Below, piece by piece: positions 1 through 9,742 of a stretch of DNA of 64,000 nucleotides. The stretch's first letter is position 1. Each line of letters starts with the position of its first letter. The notes under the pieces were generated by a model. It saw nothing but the letters and a program-made list of their open reading frames with translations. It did no database searches and was not told where the DNA came from. The position numbers were made by a program, and so were the translations under genes. The stretch comes from a virus: the IMG/VR virus record IMGVR_UViG_3300008113_000108, positions 32,001-96,000 of that record. One strand, given 5' to 3'.

Positions 1-1
1 C

Positions 2-58
2 ACCGCAGAACTTCAAAAGTTTCTAAAGCAATCAAAAATAAATAATACAGAAGAATAG
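2..58 (+). CDS. gp16: 3' end of terminase small subunit (partial)
   Basis: Frame reads TAELQKFLKQSKINNTEE*, matching the STAELQK.LK C-terminus of cyanomyovirus gp16; lies upstream of gp17. Confidence 0.65.
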   Translation, partial: TAELQKFLKQSKINNTEE

Positions 59-68
59 GAGTATCTTA

Positions 69-532
69 ATGTCTGTTTTAAAAGTACTGCTGATGCATCT
101 GATGCTATTCATGTAGCTTGGGGTGGAAATCCAACTGCTGTAGACGGAAATGATTTTCACATTCCAAAAGAACAGTCAGAAATAGTTAAATGTGCTACTC
201 CAAAAAGAGTACAAATTATCTCTATTGATAAAGGTGCTGCAAATACTGTATTGAATCTAAACTTGGGTGGCGGCAGACCAGGACATCCATTTGTTGTTGG
301 AGATTATGTAACACTAACTGGATCTTCTGTTGCAGCTTATAATACTGGAATTGCACATCTTGCCGTAACTGCAGTAACCGATACCAGCATTACAGTAGCA
401 TTAGATTCATCTACATATGCAAATTTTACTGGAACTGCAACTCTAAATAATTCAATTAAATTCTCAGTAAAACCAGATGGTAATGGTGCTGCTGTTGGTC
501 ATATTACTGAAGTTCAAATAGTAGGTGGATAA
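69..532 (+). CDS. putative virion structural protein, frame-disrupted near the N-terminus
   Basis: SD AGGAG then ATG at 69 (MSVLK), which closes after 15 codons; the frame of ORF 251..532 is open from 59 (STADASDAIHVAWGG...); Thr/Gly/beta-rich; late promoter ATAAATA just upstream. Confidence 0.55.
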
Positions 533-1536
533 TGGCTAAGCTGAGAGTTCCTACAGAAAAGGAAATCGCCAAAAAACATGGCGTTTCTGTTGACTATGTT
601 ATTAGACAGGCAGAAATCGGATCTACCGTAGAAAGAGAGCACGTAACTACTCACGAAGAGGCTTATGGAATTGCTCTCCAACATATTGCTGAATTTCCTA
701 ATTACTACAAGCATTTATTAAAGATGGAAAAGCAACTAAAATCTCAATGGAAAGATGGAAAAAAATCCGTCAAAGAAGAGAAAGAAGAAGTTCGTTATTG
801 CCATCTTTGTGAAAAAGAAGAGACTAAATCTGAATGTTCATATGGCCCAAGCGCATGGGAAATGAATAGCAGGCAGTTAAAAATGAACGAAGATCATAAG
901 GAAATTAATAGTGGAAAGATGAAAGACCATGAAGGTTACATGGCAAATCTTGAGATGGATCAAATGGAAAGATCCATTGCAATGCTTCGTAAAATTATTC
1001 GTAAATCTGATCATCAACTACCTGCTTGGGTTCAATCTAAAATTACAAGAGCTGCAGACTTTATTGATACAGCGGCAGAATATCTTTCTTCTGATGAAAA
1101 ATTAAGTGAGCAAAAATCTTTTTCGCAATTTATTAAAGAAGCTAATAATGTAAGTTTTGAGATTGGTTCTGGACATAGTGCTGCCAGAAGACAAGCAAAG
1201 ATTAGAAATCTCGCAAAAGGAACTACCAATCCAGGTGAAAAAGACGTAGCACAAAAAAAGCTAAAGGGTCCAAGTCTTCCAATGAAAGAAGGCGCTGCAT
1301 GGACTCGTAAAGAGGGTCAGAATAAAAAAGGTGGTCTTAACGAAAAAGGACGCAAATCATACGAGGCTCAAAACCCTGGAAGCGACCTCAAAGCACCTTC
1401 AAAGAAAGTTGGAAATCCTCGTAGAGCATCATTCTGTGCAAGAATGAAGGGCATGAAGAGTAAGCTAACTTCTTCTAAAACTGCCAACGATCCAAATTCA
1501 AGAATCAATAAATCATTAAGAGCCTGGAATTGTTAA
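532..1536 (+). CDS. modular hypothetical protein, candidate head-internal polyprotein
   Basis: 334 aa of about 5 distinct modules separated by VKE/MNE/LSE/IKE/MKE; internal KSFSQFIKEA motif. Confidence 0.75.
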   Translation: MAKLRVPTEKEIAKKHGVSVDYVIRQAEIGSTVEREHVTTHEEAYGIALQHIAEFPNYYKHLLKMEKQLKSQWKDGKKSVKEEKEEVRYCHLCEKEETKSECSYGPSAWEMNSRQLKMNEDHKEINSGKMKDHEGYMANLEMDQMERSIAMLRKIIRKSDHQLPAWVQSKITRAADFIDTAAEYLSSDEKLSEQKSFSQFIKEANNVSFEIGSGHSAARRQAKIRNLAKGTTNPGEKDVAQKKLKGPSLPMKEGAAWTRKEGQNKKGGLNEKGRKSYEAQNPGSDLKAPSKKVGNPRRASFCARMKGMKSKLTSSKTANDPNSRINKSLRAWNC

Positions 1537-1553
1537 TTTTATAAACAAATATT

Positions 1554-3233
1554 ATGAGTGATAGATCTAGTTATAAGGGTAATCCCAACTTAAAACCTTC
1601 AAACGTTCAGATTCAATTTACTTCTGAACAACTAGAAGAATATTTAAAGTGCCAAGAAGATCCAATCTACTTCGCAAAAAAATATATCAAAATTGTTTCT
1701 CTTGATGAAGGTCTAGTCCCATTTAAAATGTGGGACTTTCAGGAAAAATTAATTAGCAATTTCCACCAGCACAGATTCAATATTGCAAAGCTTCCAAGAC
1801 AGACTGGAAAATCAACTACGGTTGTTTCTTATCTGTTACACTATGCTTTATTCAATCCCAACGTAAAAATCGCAATTCTTGCAAACAAAGCAGAGACTTC
1901 ACGGGAACTACTGTCTCGACTCCAGTTATCATATGAAAACCTACCTAAATGGCTACAGCAGGGCGTGGGTTCTTGGAACCGTGGATCTCTTGAGCTAGAG
2001 AACGGATCCAAGATTATTGCTGCTTCTACCTCATCATCTGCTGTCCGAGGGAACTCCTTCAACATCATTTTCCTTGACGAGTTTGCGTTTATTCCAAACC
2101 ATATTGCAGAACAGTTCTTTAGTTCTGTATACCCCACCATCTCGTCTGGTAAGACTACCAAAGTTATTATTATTTCCACTCCAAATGGAATGAATATGTT
2201 CTACAAGTTCTGGCATGACGCAGAACGAGGGAAGAACAGCTACACACCACTGGAAGTTAATTGGTGGGATGTTCCAGGAAGAGATCAGAAGTGGAAAGAA
2301 GAAACTATTGCAAACACTTCTCAACGACAGTTTGAGCAGGAATTTGAATGTACCTTCTTAGGATCTGTTGATACTTTAATCAACCCAAATAAACTTCGTA
2401 CTATGGTCTATGACGATCCATTGAAGCGAAGTGCTGGATTGGATGTGTATGAAGATGCTATAGAAGGACATGATTATGTAATGACTGTTGACGTTGCTAG
2501 AGGAGTTGGAAATGATTACTCAGCATTTACTGTAATGGATGTAACCACTATTCCATATAAACTAGTAGCTAAGTACAAAAATAATGAAATTAAACCTATT
2601 CTATTTCCAAATATTATTGATACAGTTGGAAGAAATTATAACAATGCTAATGTTCTAGTAGAAGTTAATGATATTGGTGGACAGGTCGCAGATATTCTTC
2701 AATTTGATCTGGAATACGACAATCTTCTCATGTGTGCTATGAAAGGTCGTGCAGGTCAAATTGTGGGAACTGGATTCTCCAACAAAGCACAGCTAGGAGT
2801 CAAAATGACCAAGGCTGTGAAAAAGTATGGTTGTGCTAACTTGAAAGCAATGATTGAAGATGATAAATTATTAATTCCTGATTACGATATTATTAGTGAA
2901 CTTACAACCTTTATTCAAAAAAGCGATACATTTTCGGCAGAAGAAGGTTGCAATGATGACTTGGCAATGTGTCTAGTTATTTTCTCTTGGCTATCAACTC
3001 AACCATATTTTAGAGAGTTAACTTCAAATGATGTTAGGAAAAGAATTTTTGAAGATCAAAGAGAAGCTATCGAGCAAGATATGGCTCCATTTGGTTTTAT
3101 ATTGGATGGCTTAACAGATTCAGAAACTACTTTTGTGGACAACAAAGGGGACTATTGGACAGCAGCAACTAGTAATAATAGCTGGAATGTTGATGAATAT
3201 GGGGATATGGCGTACATGTGGGAATATAAGTAG
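1554..3233 (+). CDS. gp17: terminase large subunit
   Basis: Walker A PRQTGKST, Walker B IIFLDEFAF, nuclease motifs VDVARG and NDDLAM. Confidence 0.97.
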   Translation: MSDRSSYKGNPNLKPSNVQIQFTSEQLEEYLKCQEDPIYFAKKYIKIVSLDEGLVPFKMWDFQEKLISNFHQHRFNIAKLPRQTGKSTTVVSYLLHYALFNPNVKIAILANKAETSRELLSRLQLSYENLPKWLQQGVGSWNRGSLELENGSKIIAASTSSSAVRGNSFNIIFLDEFAFIPNHIAEQFFSSVYPTISSGKTTKVIIISTPNGMNMFYKFWHDAERGKNSYTPLEVNWWDVPGRDQKWKEETIANTSQRQFEQEFECTFLGSVDTLINPNKLRTMVYDDPLKRSAGLDVYEDAIEGHDYVMTVDVARGVGNDYSAFTVMDVTTIPYKLVAKYKNNEIKPILFPNIIDTVGRNYNNANVLVEVNDIGGQVADILQFDLEYDNLLMCAMKGRAGQIVGTGFSNKAQLGVKMTKAVKKYGCANLKAMIEDDKLLIPDYDIISELTTFIQKSDTFSAEEGCNDDLAMCLVIFSWLSTQPYFRELTSNDVRKRIFEDQREAIEQDMAPFGFILDGLTDSETTFVDNKGDYWTAATSNNSWNVDEYGDMAYMWEYK

Positions 3234-3292
3234 TTCAAAATATAAAGATAAATAAATAGTTTTGAGAAAAAAATCTCATAGAGGTAATAAAC

Positions 3293-5341
3293 ATGGCGTT
3301 TGCTTCACCTGGAGTATCTATTAAAGAAATTGATTTAACTCCAATTGTTAATGTATCTGATCAGAATATTGGTGCGGTTGTAATCGCTGCAGAAACTGGT
3401 CCTGTAGATACTGTAACTTTTGTATCTAGTGAAAGAGAGTTAGTTGATACATTTGGAAGACCAAATGAGTACAACTATGAGTCTTGGTTTGCAGCATCAA
3501 CAATCATCGAGTATGGCGGAATTGCTGCTGTTATTAGACCAACTAGCTCAAGCATCACTCTAAATTCATCTTCTGATGCTGGACTATCAAGCTTTATCAT
3601 CAAGAGCAAGTTTGAATATGACAATTTAGCTAGTGCTGTTCCAACACCACCATCTTTTAAGTTTGCTGGTAGAAGTGCTGGTTCAAAATTAAACTCACTC
3701 AAAGTAGTTGCAGTTGATCACGGTGCAGATCAAGTAATTAGTTATAGCGGAACCGATCCTTCAGTATCTGCAGGAGATGCAATTGTAATTAAAAAAGGTA
3801 GCACTACTGTAGGAACTGGTTGGGTTTATAAGTCAAACACTACAAATAATACTCTTCATATTATTTTAAGTGATAGTACAAAGAGAATTCCAACTTCAAA
3901 TGATCCAACCAATGGGTATCCAGCATATAGCATTACTGACAATGCAGGAACTCCAGTAACTTTAATTGCAGCTGGTGAAATTAGTGCAGCACCAGATAAT
4001 ACCTACTATGATACTCTAGAGTATGCTCCAGGTCAAAAGTGGAGAGATGTTGCTGCTCAGCCAGGAACATCTTCATCTGTAGCTTCAAAAGGCGGTAAGT
4101 TTGATGAAATGCACATTCTCGTTCTGGACGAGGATGGAATTATCACTGGAACACCAAATACAATTCTAGAGAAGTTTCTATTCGTTTCTAAGGCGAAAGA
4201 TGCTAGCACCCTAGATGGATCACTAGTATACTTCCATTCAGCTCTAGCAGAGAGATCAAAGTACGTATTCCCAGGATTTTCAACTGGTCTTGATTTCATC
4301 GGAAATTCTAAGGTAACTCTAGAGGGCGTAACTAATGCTGCTATCGGTGAAACAAACAGCTCAAATAAGGCATATTCACTAATCGTAAGCTCAGGAGCAC
4401 CAGTACTAGGATTTAGCCTAAGTGGTGGTCTAGATTACGATTTCGCAAACGATCCTGCAGACATCGAGATTGCAGTTACCAATGGATATGAGATCCTAAG
4501 AGACTCAGAGGCTTTCAACGACATTGACTTCCTAGTTCCAGGAAAAATTAGTGCAGATAGAGCAGTCAAGATTATTGACATTGCAGAATCAAGAAGAGAT
4601 TGCATGGCAGTAATTTCACCTAGAAGATCTGATGTAATCAACAGCTCAACCAATGCGGTTAAGACTGAGAACATCATCGACTTCTTCAGTGGTTTACCAA
4701 GCAGCTCATTTGCAATCTTCGATTCTGGTTACAAGTACATCTATGATAAGTTCAATGATACTTATCGTTATGTTCCTTGTGCTGCTGACGTAGCTGGTCT
4801 TTGCATTAATACCACAATTAATTCAGAGACTTGGTTCTCACCTGCTGGATACAACAGAGGAAACCTAAGAAATGCAACCAAACTTGCATATTCACCAAAG
4901 CAAGCAGAAAGAGACAGACTATACACAAATAGAATTAACCCAATCGTATCCTTCCCTGGCCAAGGAATTGTTCTATTCGGTGATAAGACTGCACTATCTT
5001 CTCCTAGTGCTTTCAACAGAATCAATGTTCGTAGACTATTCATTGAACTTGAGAAGAACATTGCTACTTTCTCCAAGTTCCAACTATTTGAAATTAACGA
5101 TGAAGTAACAAGAAGTTCATTTAAGGCTGCTGTTGAGCCTTATCTAAGAGGGGTTCAGGGAAGAAGAGGAATCTATGACTTCCTCGTTGTATGCGATGAG
5201 ACCAATAACTCTGCAGATGTGATTGATAGAAATGAGTTCAATGCTGAGATTTATATTAAGCCTGCTAGAAGTATTAACTTCATCACCATTACTTTTGTAG
5301 CCACAAGAACTGGCGTTTCCTTTGGCGAACTAACTCAGTAA
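3293..5341 (+). CDS. gp18: tail sheath protein
   Basis: SPGVSIKEID N-terminus, WFSPAGYNRG, FNRINVRRLF, IKPARSINFI; T4 synteny. Confidence 0.96.
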   Translation: MAFASPGVSIKEIDLTPIVNVSDQNIGAVVIAAETGPVDTVTFVSSERELVDTFGRPNEYNYESWFAASTIIEYGGIAAVIRPTSSSITLNSSSDAGLSSFIIKSKFEYDNLASAVPTPPSFKFAGRSAGSKLNSLKVVAVDHGADQVISYSGTDPSVSAGDAIVIKKGSTTVGTGWVYKSNTTNNTLHIILSDSTKRIPTSNDPTNGYPAYSITDNAGTPVTLIAAGEISAAPDNTYYDTLEYAPGQKWRDVAAQPGTSSSVASKGGKFDEMHILVLDEDGIITGTPNTILEKFLFVSKAKDASTLDGSLVYFHSALAERSKYVFPGFSTGLDFIGNSKVTLEGVTNAAIGETNSSNKAYSLIVSSGAPVLGFSLSGGLDYDFANDPADIEIAVTNGYEILRDSEAFNDIDFLVPGKISADRAVKIIDIAESRRDCMAVISPRRSDVINSSTNAVKTENIIDFFSGLPSSSFAIFDSGYKYIYDKFNDTYRYVPCAADVAGLCINTTINSETWFSPAGYNRGNLRNATKLAYSPKQAERDRLYTNRINPIVSFPGQGIVLFGDKTALSSPSAFNRINVRRLFIELEKNIATFSKFQLFEINDEVTRSSFKAAVEPYLRGVQGRRGIYDFLVVCDETNNSADVIDRNEFNAEIYIKPARSINFITITFVATRTGVSFGELTQ

Positions 5342-5373
5342 TTATTTTTTCGTAAACCATCTAGGAGAAAAAA

Positions 5374-6006
5374 ATGGCTAAAAGTATTTCAGATTTCAAA
5401 TCATATCTAAAGAAGGGTGGTGCAAGACCTAATCTATTCCTAGTTAGACTAAACTTCCCTTCTCAAATTAGTCAGATTGCAGATATCGGAACTATCACTT
5501 CTGCTACCAATTTGACTACTCAAGCAGAGTTCATGGTCAAAACTGCTCAGATTCCTGCATCAAACATTGGAACTATTGAAGTTCCTTTCCGTGGAAGGAT
5601 GCTCAAAGTTGCTGGCGACAGAACATTTGAGCCATGGTCAGTGACAGTTGTAAACGACGGTCAGTTCCAAATCCGCCAGGCATTTGAAGCATGGTCAAGA
5701 GGTATCAATGCTCTAACTGAAAACGTATCCCAACTAGGATATGGTGCAGATGGTGGAGCTTCATACTGTGTTGACATGACTGTATATCAACTCAGCAGAG
5801 ACGGTCAAACACCAAGCAGAACTCCTGCAAATCCAAACAATGTAGGTGTAGACGGCATGGAAGTAGTCCGTGCATATAAGTTCTACGATGCTTGGCCTTC
5901 ATCACTTTCTTCAATTGATCTCTCATTTGAAGCAAATGATCAGATCGAAGAGTTTACTGTTGAATTCCAGTACAACTTCTTTGAGACTACTAGCACCGCT
6001 CTTTGA
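5374..6006 (+). CDS. gp19: tail tube protein
   Basis: GGARPNLF, IEVPFRGR.LKVAGDRTFEPW, IEEFTVEFQY. Confidence 0.95.
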   Translation: MAKSISDFKSYLKKGGARPNLFLVRLNFPSQISQIADIGTITSATNLTTQAEFMVKTAQIPASNIGTIEVPFRGRMLKVAGDRTFEPWSVTVVNDGQFQIRQAFEAWSRGINALTENVSQLGYGADGGASYCVDMTVYQLSRDGQTPSRTPANPNNVGVDGMEVVRAYKFYDAWPSSLSSIDLSFEANDQIEEFTVEFQYNFFETTSTAL

Positions 6007-6040
6007 TAAGCTAAATACATAAAAGAGTTTTAGGATTATT

Positions 6041-7702
6041 ATGACCCAATTATTTGGTTTCTCTATTGAAGACAGAAAGAAGAAACCAGCAAAGGCGTTT
6101 TCGCCTGCGCCTCCTAATGATGATGATGGCACCTCGGTAGTTGCCGCAGGTGCCTATTTTGGTCAGTATCTAGATCTAGATGGAGTTGGCCAACACAATA
6201 ATGAATTTGAGCTGGTAAGGAAATATAGAGAAATTGCATTACACCCAGAAGTAGATAGCGCCATTGATGATATTATCAATGAAGCGATTAGTAGTGACTT
6301 GGACTATGCTCCAGTTACAGTAGAACTTTCTACTCTAGAAGCAAGTGATAAAATTAAAAAATCTATTAGAGAAGAATTTGGCAATATTTTAAGACTTTTA
6401 AATTTTGATAAAAAGTGCCATAATATTTTCCGCCGCTGGTATATCGACGGCAGATTATATTACCACAAAATTATTGATTTTGATAAGCCAAAAGAAGGCA
6501 TCAAAGAACTTAGGTACATTGACTCACTAAAAATCAAAAGAGTCCGAGAAATTAAACGACAGAAAAACGTAGACTCTCTCACTACGATGGAGGGTCAGAA
6601 ATATGATTATGGTGAGTTTATCGAGTATTATATTTACTTTCCAAGGGGCTACAAAGGTTCTGATGCAAACGGCATCAAGATTTCTAATGATGCTGTAACT
6701 TATGTTCCTTCTGGATTGTATGACCATAATAGAAATATGGTCCTAAGCTATCTGTATAAAGCAATTAAGTCTGTTAATCAGCTTAGAATGATTGAAGACT
6801 CACTTGTAATTTACAGACTTTCAAGAGCACCAGAGCGTCGTATTTTCTATATTGACGTAGGTAATCTTCCAAAGGTAAAAGCAGAACAGTATCTACGTGA
6901 AGTAATGGGTAGATACAGAAACAAACTCGTTTATGATTCTGCAACTGGAGAGATTCGTGATGATCGTAAGCATCTAAGTATGCTTGAGGACTTCTGGCTA
7001 CCACGTAGAGAAGGTGGTCGTGGAACAGAAATCACCACACTTCCTGGTGGACAGAACCTAGGAGAACTAGAAGACGTTAAGTATTTCCAGAAGAAACTTT
7101 ACAAGTCTCTCAACATTCCCCTTTCAAGACTAGAACAAGAGTCTTCATTCACTATCGGAAGAACTAACGAGATCACCAGAGACGAATTAAAATTTGCGAA
7201 ATTTGTTGGAAGACTTCGCAAGCGTTTCAGCGACATGTTCCATGATCTTCTTAGAACTCAGTTAATTCTAAAAGGAATTATTACTGCAGATGATTGGGAG
7301 GAAATGAAAGAATTTATTCAGTATGATTACATCTTTGATAATCATTTCACTGAACTAAAGAATTCAGAAATTCTCAATGACAGATTAAATATCGTCAATC
7401 AAGTAGAACCATATCTAGGAAAATATTTCTCTGTAGAATATGTTCGCAGACAAATCCTCAAGCAAACCGAGGGTGAAATTGAAGAGATTGATATTCAGAT
7501 CGAAAGAGAGAAGCAACTAGGAATTATTCAAGATCCAACCCAAATGATGATGGACCAGCAAGGGGCTCTTCCACCAGGACAAGATCAGCAAATGCAACCA
7601 GATGTTGCGGCATCTGGTGAAGCTGGTCCTGCTGGAGGTGGAGTTGACACGGACTTTAAAAATTATATCTCACCATCCGATTACGGAAGAGGTAAATTTT
7701 AA
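6041..7702 (+). CDS. gp20: portal vertex protein
   Basis: YRLSRAPERRIFYIDVGNLPK, EDFWLPRREGGRGTEITTLPGG. Confidence 0.97.
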   Translation: MTQLFGFSIEDRKKKPAKAFSPAPPNDDDGTSVVAAGAYFGQYLDLDGVGQHNNEFELVRKYREIALHPEVDSAIDDIINEAISSDLDYAPVTVELSTLEASDKIKKSIREEFGNILRLLNFDKKCHNIFRRWYIDGRLYYHKIIDFDKPKEGIKELRYIDSLKIKRVREIKRQKNVDSLTTMEGQKYDYGEFIEYYIYFPRGYKGSDANGIKISNDAVTYVPSGLYDHNRNMVLSYLYKAIKSVNQLRMIEDSLVIYRLSRAPERRIFYIDVGNLPKVKAEQYLREVMGRYRNKLVYDSATGEIRDDRKHLSMLEDFWLPRREGGRGTEITTLPGGQNLGELEDVKYFQKKLYKSLNIPLSRLEQESSFTIGRTNEITRDELKFAKFVGRLRKRFSDMFHDLLRTQLILKGIITADDWEEMKEFIQYDYIFDNHFTELKNSEILNDRLNIVNQVEPYLGKYFSVEYVRRQILKQTEGEIEEIDIQIEREKQLGIIQDPTQMMMDQQGALPPGQDQQMQPDVAASGEAGPAGGGVDTDFKNYISPSDYGRGKF

Positions 7703-7742
7703 TAAATAGTTATTGTAATTTTAATATATTATTGGAGTTTTT

Positions 7743-7991
7743 ATGTCTTTGTCACAGGAAATTGTGGATAGCATTATTGCTAGAAACAATGTAAATGCCA
7801 ATGAAAAAATTTATGATGCACTTTACGGAAAAGCTTCCGAAAAGATTGGAATGAGAAAAGTTGAAGTTGCCCAAAACATGTTTGCATCATCAAATTATGA
7901 AGATGATGAAGACTACTATGAAGAGGGTGAACCAGTAGTTGATCATGAGGATGAGTACGAAGAAGTACCAGAAGAAGAGTACGAACAATGA
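7743..7991 (+). CDS. small acidic prohead-associated protein (gp67/68 position)
   Basis: 82 aa with acidic tail between gp20 and gp21; late promoter and SD GGAG. Confidence 0.7.
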   Translation: MSLSQEIVDSIIARNNVNANEKIYDALYGKASEKIGMRKVEVAQNMFASSNYEDDEDYYEEGEPVVDHEDEYEEVPEEEYEQ

Positions 7992-8641
7992 AACTAATCA
8001 CAGAAACTATCGAAGATATCAAAGTTATCACCGAAGAAAAAGGTGGTAAAAAAAATCTATATATTGAAGGAGTATTTCTTCAGGCGGAATTAAAAAACCG
8101 CAATGGTCGCATGTACCCAATGGAAACTCTTGAAAGAGAGGTTGGTTCTTATAACGAGAACTATGTTGCAAAAGGTCGTGCTCTAGGTGAACTAGGTCAT
8201 CCAGATAGTCCAACAATTAACCTAGATAGAGTATCCCACAAGATTGTTTCTCTTCGTTCAGAAGGAACCAATTTTATTGGTAAAGCTCAGATTCTAGAAA
8301 CTCCAATGGGTAAAATCGCTAAGTCTCTACTTGAGTCTGGCGTTACTCTAGGTGTGTCTTCAAGAGGAATTGGTTCCATTGAAGAAAGAAACGGAATCAA
8401 TGTAGTAAAGGATGACTTCATGTTATCTACTGCTGCAGACATTGTTGCAGATCCTTCTGCTCCAGATGCTTTTGTGCAAGGCATTATGGAAGGTAGAGAG
8501 TGGATTTGGAACAATGGTATGTTAGAAGAGAAAGTAATCAACAGCTATAAGCAAGCGATTAATAGAGCATCTTCTAATAGTTTAAACGAAAGAAAACTAC
8601 AAGTTTTTGAAAGTTTTCTTCGTAATATCAAAATTTCATAA
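7988..8641 (+). CDS. gp21: prohead core protease
   Basis: ALGELGHP, GVSSRG.GS, DIVADPSAPDAFV. Confidence 0.96.
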   Translation: MKLITETIEDIKVITEEKGGKKNLYIEGVFLQAELKNRNGRMYPMETLEREVGSYNENYVAKGRALGELGHPDSPTINLDRVSHKIVSLRSEGTNFIGKAQILETPMGKIAKSLLESGVTLGVSSRGIGSIEERNGINVVKDDFMLSTAADIVADPSAPDAFVQGIMEGREWIWNNGMLEEKVINSYKQAINRASSNSLNERKLQVFESFLRNIKIS

Positions 8642-8683
8642 ATAATAGTAGAAAATATCACATATTTCTAGAGGGTTTTTTCG

Positions 8684-9671
8684 ATGTCCAATGTATTAAA
8701 GCAAGAAAGCTTCTTCAAGAGTAAAGAAGTCATCTTCTAAAGTCAATGCTGGTGCAAAGTCACCAGATGGAATGCCTCATCTACAAGGTTCAGCTCCTGG
8801 TCAAAAGGGGATGAAGGAAGAAGAAGAGTTTGAAGTTGAAGAAGAAGAAATTCTTTACGAAGCTGAGAAGTCAGAAGAAGATGAAGATGAGGAGGAAGAC
8901 GAAAAAGAAGAGAAGAAGTCTTCCAAAAAAGAGAAGAAAACAGAGATGAAGGCAGAAGAGATCGAAATCGACGTAACCGATGATCTCAATGCTCTCTTCC
9001 ACGGAGAAGAACTCTCCGAACACTTCATGCAAAAAGCAGCTACAATTTTTGAAGCTGCAGTAAAAGCAAAAGTAGTTGAAGAAGTTCAAAAGTTTGAGGC
9101 ACTATACGAACAGCGTCTAGTCGAGGAAATCGAAGAGATCGCTGAGTCCCTAGAGACCCGTGTAGACGCTCACCTTGATTATATTGCTGAGCAGTGGGTT
9201 GCTGAGAACCAGCTATCCATTGATAACGGCATCAAGACCGAAATTGCTGAAAATCTAATGCAAGGTCTTGCTAACCTCTTCATGGAGAACAATATTGATC
9301 TTCCTGAAGAGCAACAAGATGTAGTTGCCGAAATGGCAGCTAAACTAGATGAGATGGAGGAAAAACTCAACGAACAGATTGAAATCAATGTTGAGCTAAA
9401 CCAAGAAATCGGATCATATATTAAACATGGAATTATTGCAGAAGTATCCGAAGGTCTAGCAGAAACACAGAAAGAAAAACTGTTCAGCCTGTCAGAAGGT
9501 GTTGAGTTTATGAGTGAAGAATCTTTCCGTGACAAGATTGAAACAATCAAGGAAAATTATTTCCCTAAGACTCAATCAAATTATGTGGAAGACCTAGTTG
9601 AAAAGAATCAAGATTTCTATGAGGGACCAATGGCAGCATATGTAAATGCTGTTTCCAGATGGGCTCAGTGA
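8684..9671 (+). CDS. gp22: prohead core scaffold protein, 5' region frame-broken or shortened
   Basis: Acidic coiled coil with KAATIFEAAV, YLDY-like HLDYIAEQW, KENYF; ATG 8684 (MSNVL) is out of frame with the body, which is open from 8700. Confidence 0.85.
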
Positions 9672-9742
9672 TAATCTAGATTTTTTATAAATATTAATAG
9701 ATTCCTAACAAATAAATTTAACAACCCAGGAGTTTACCCCCA

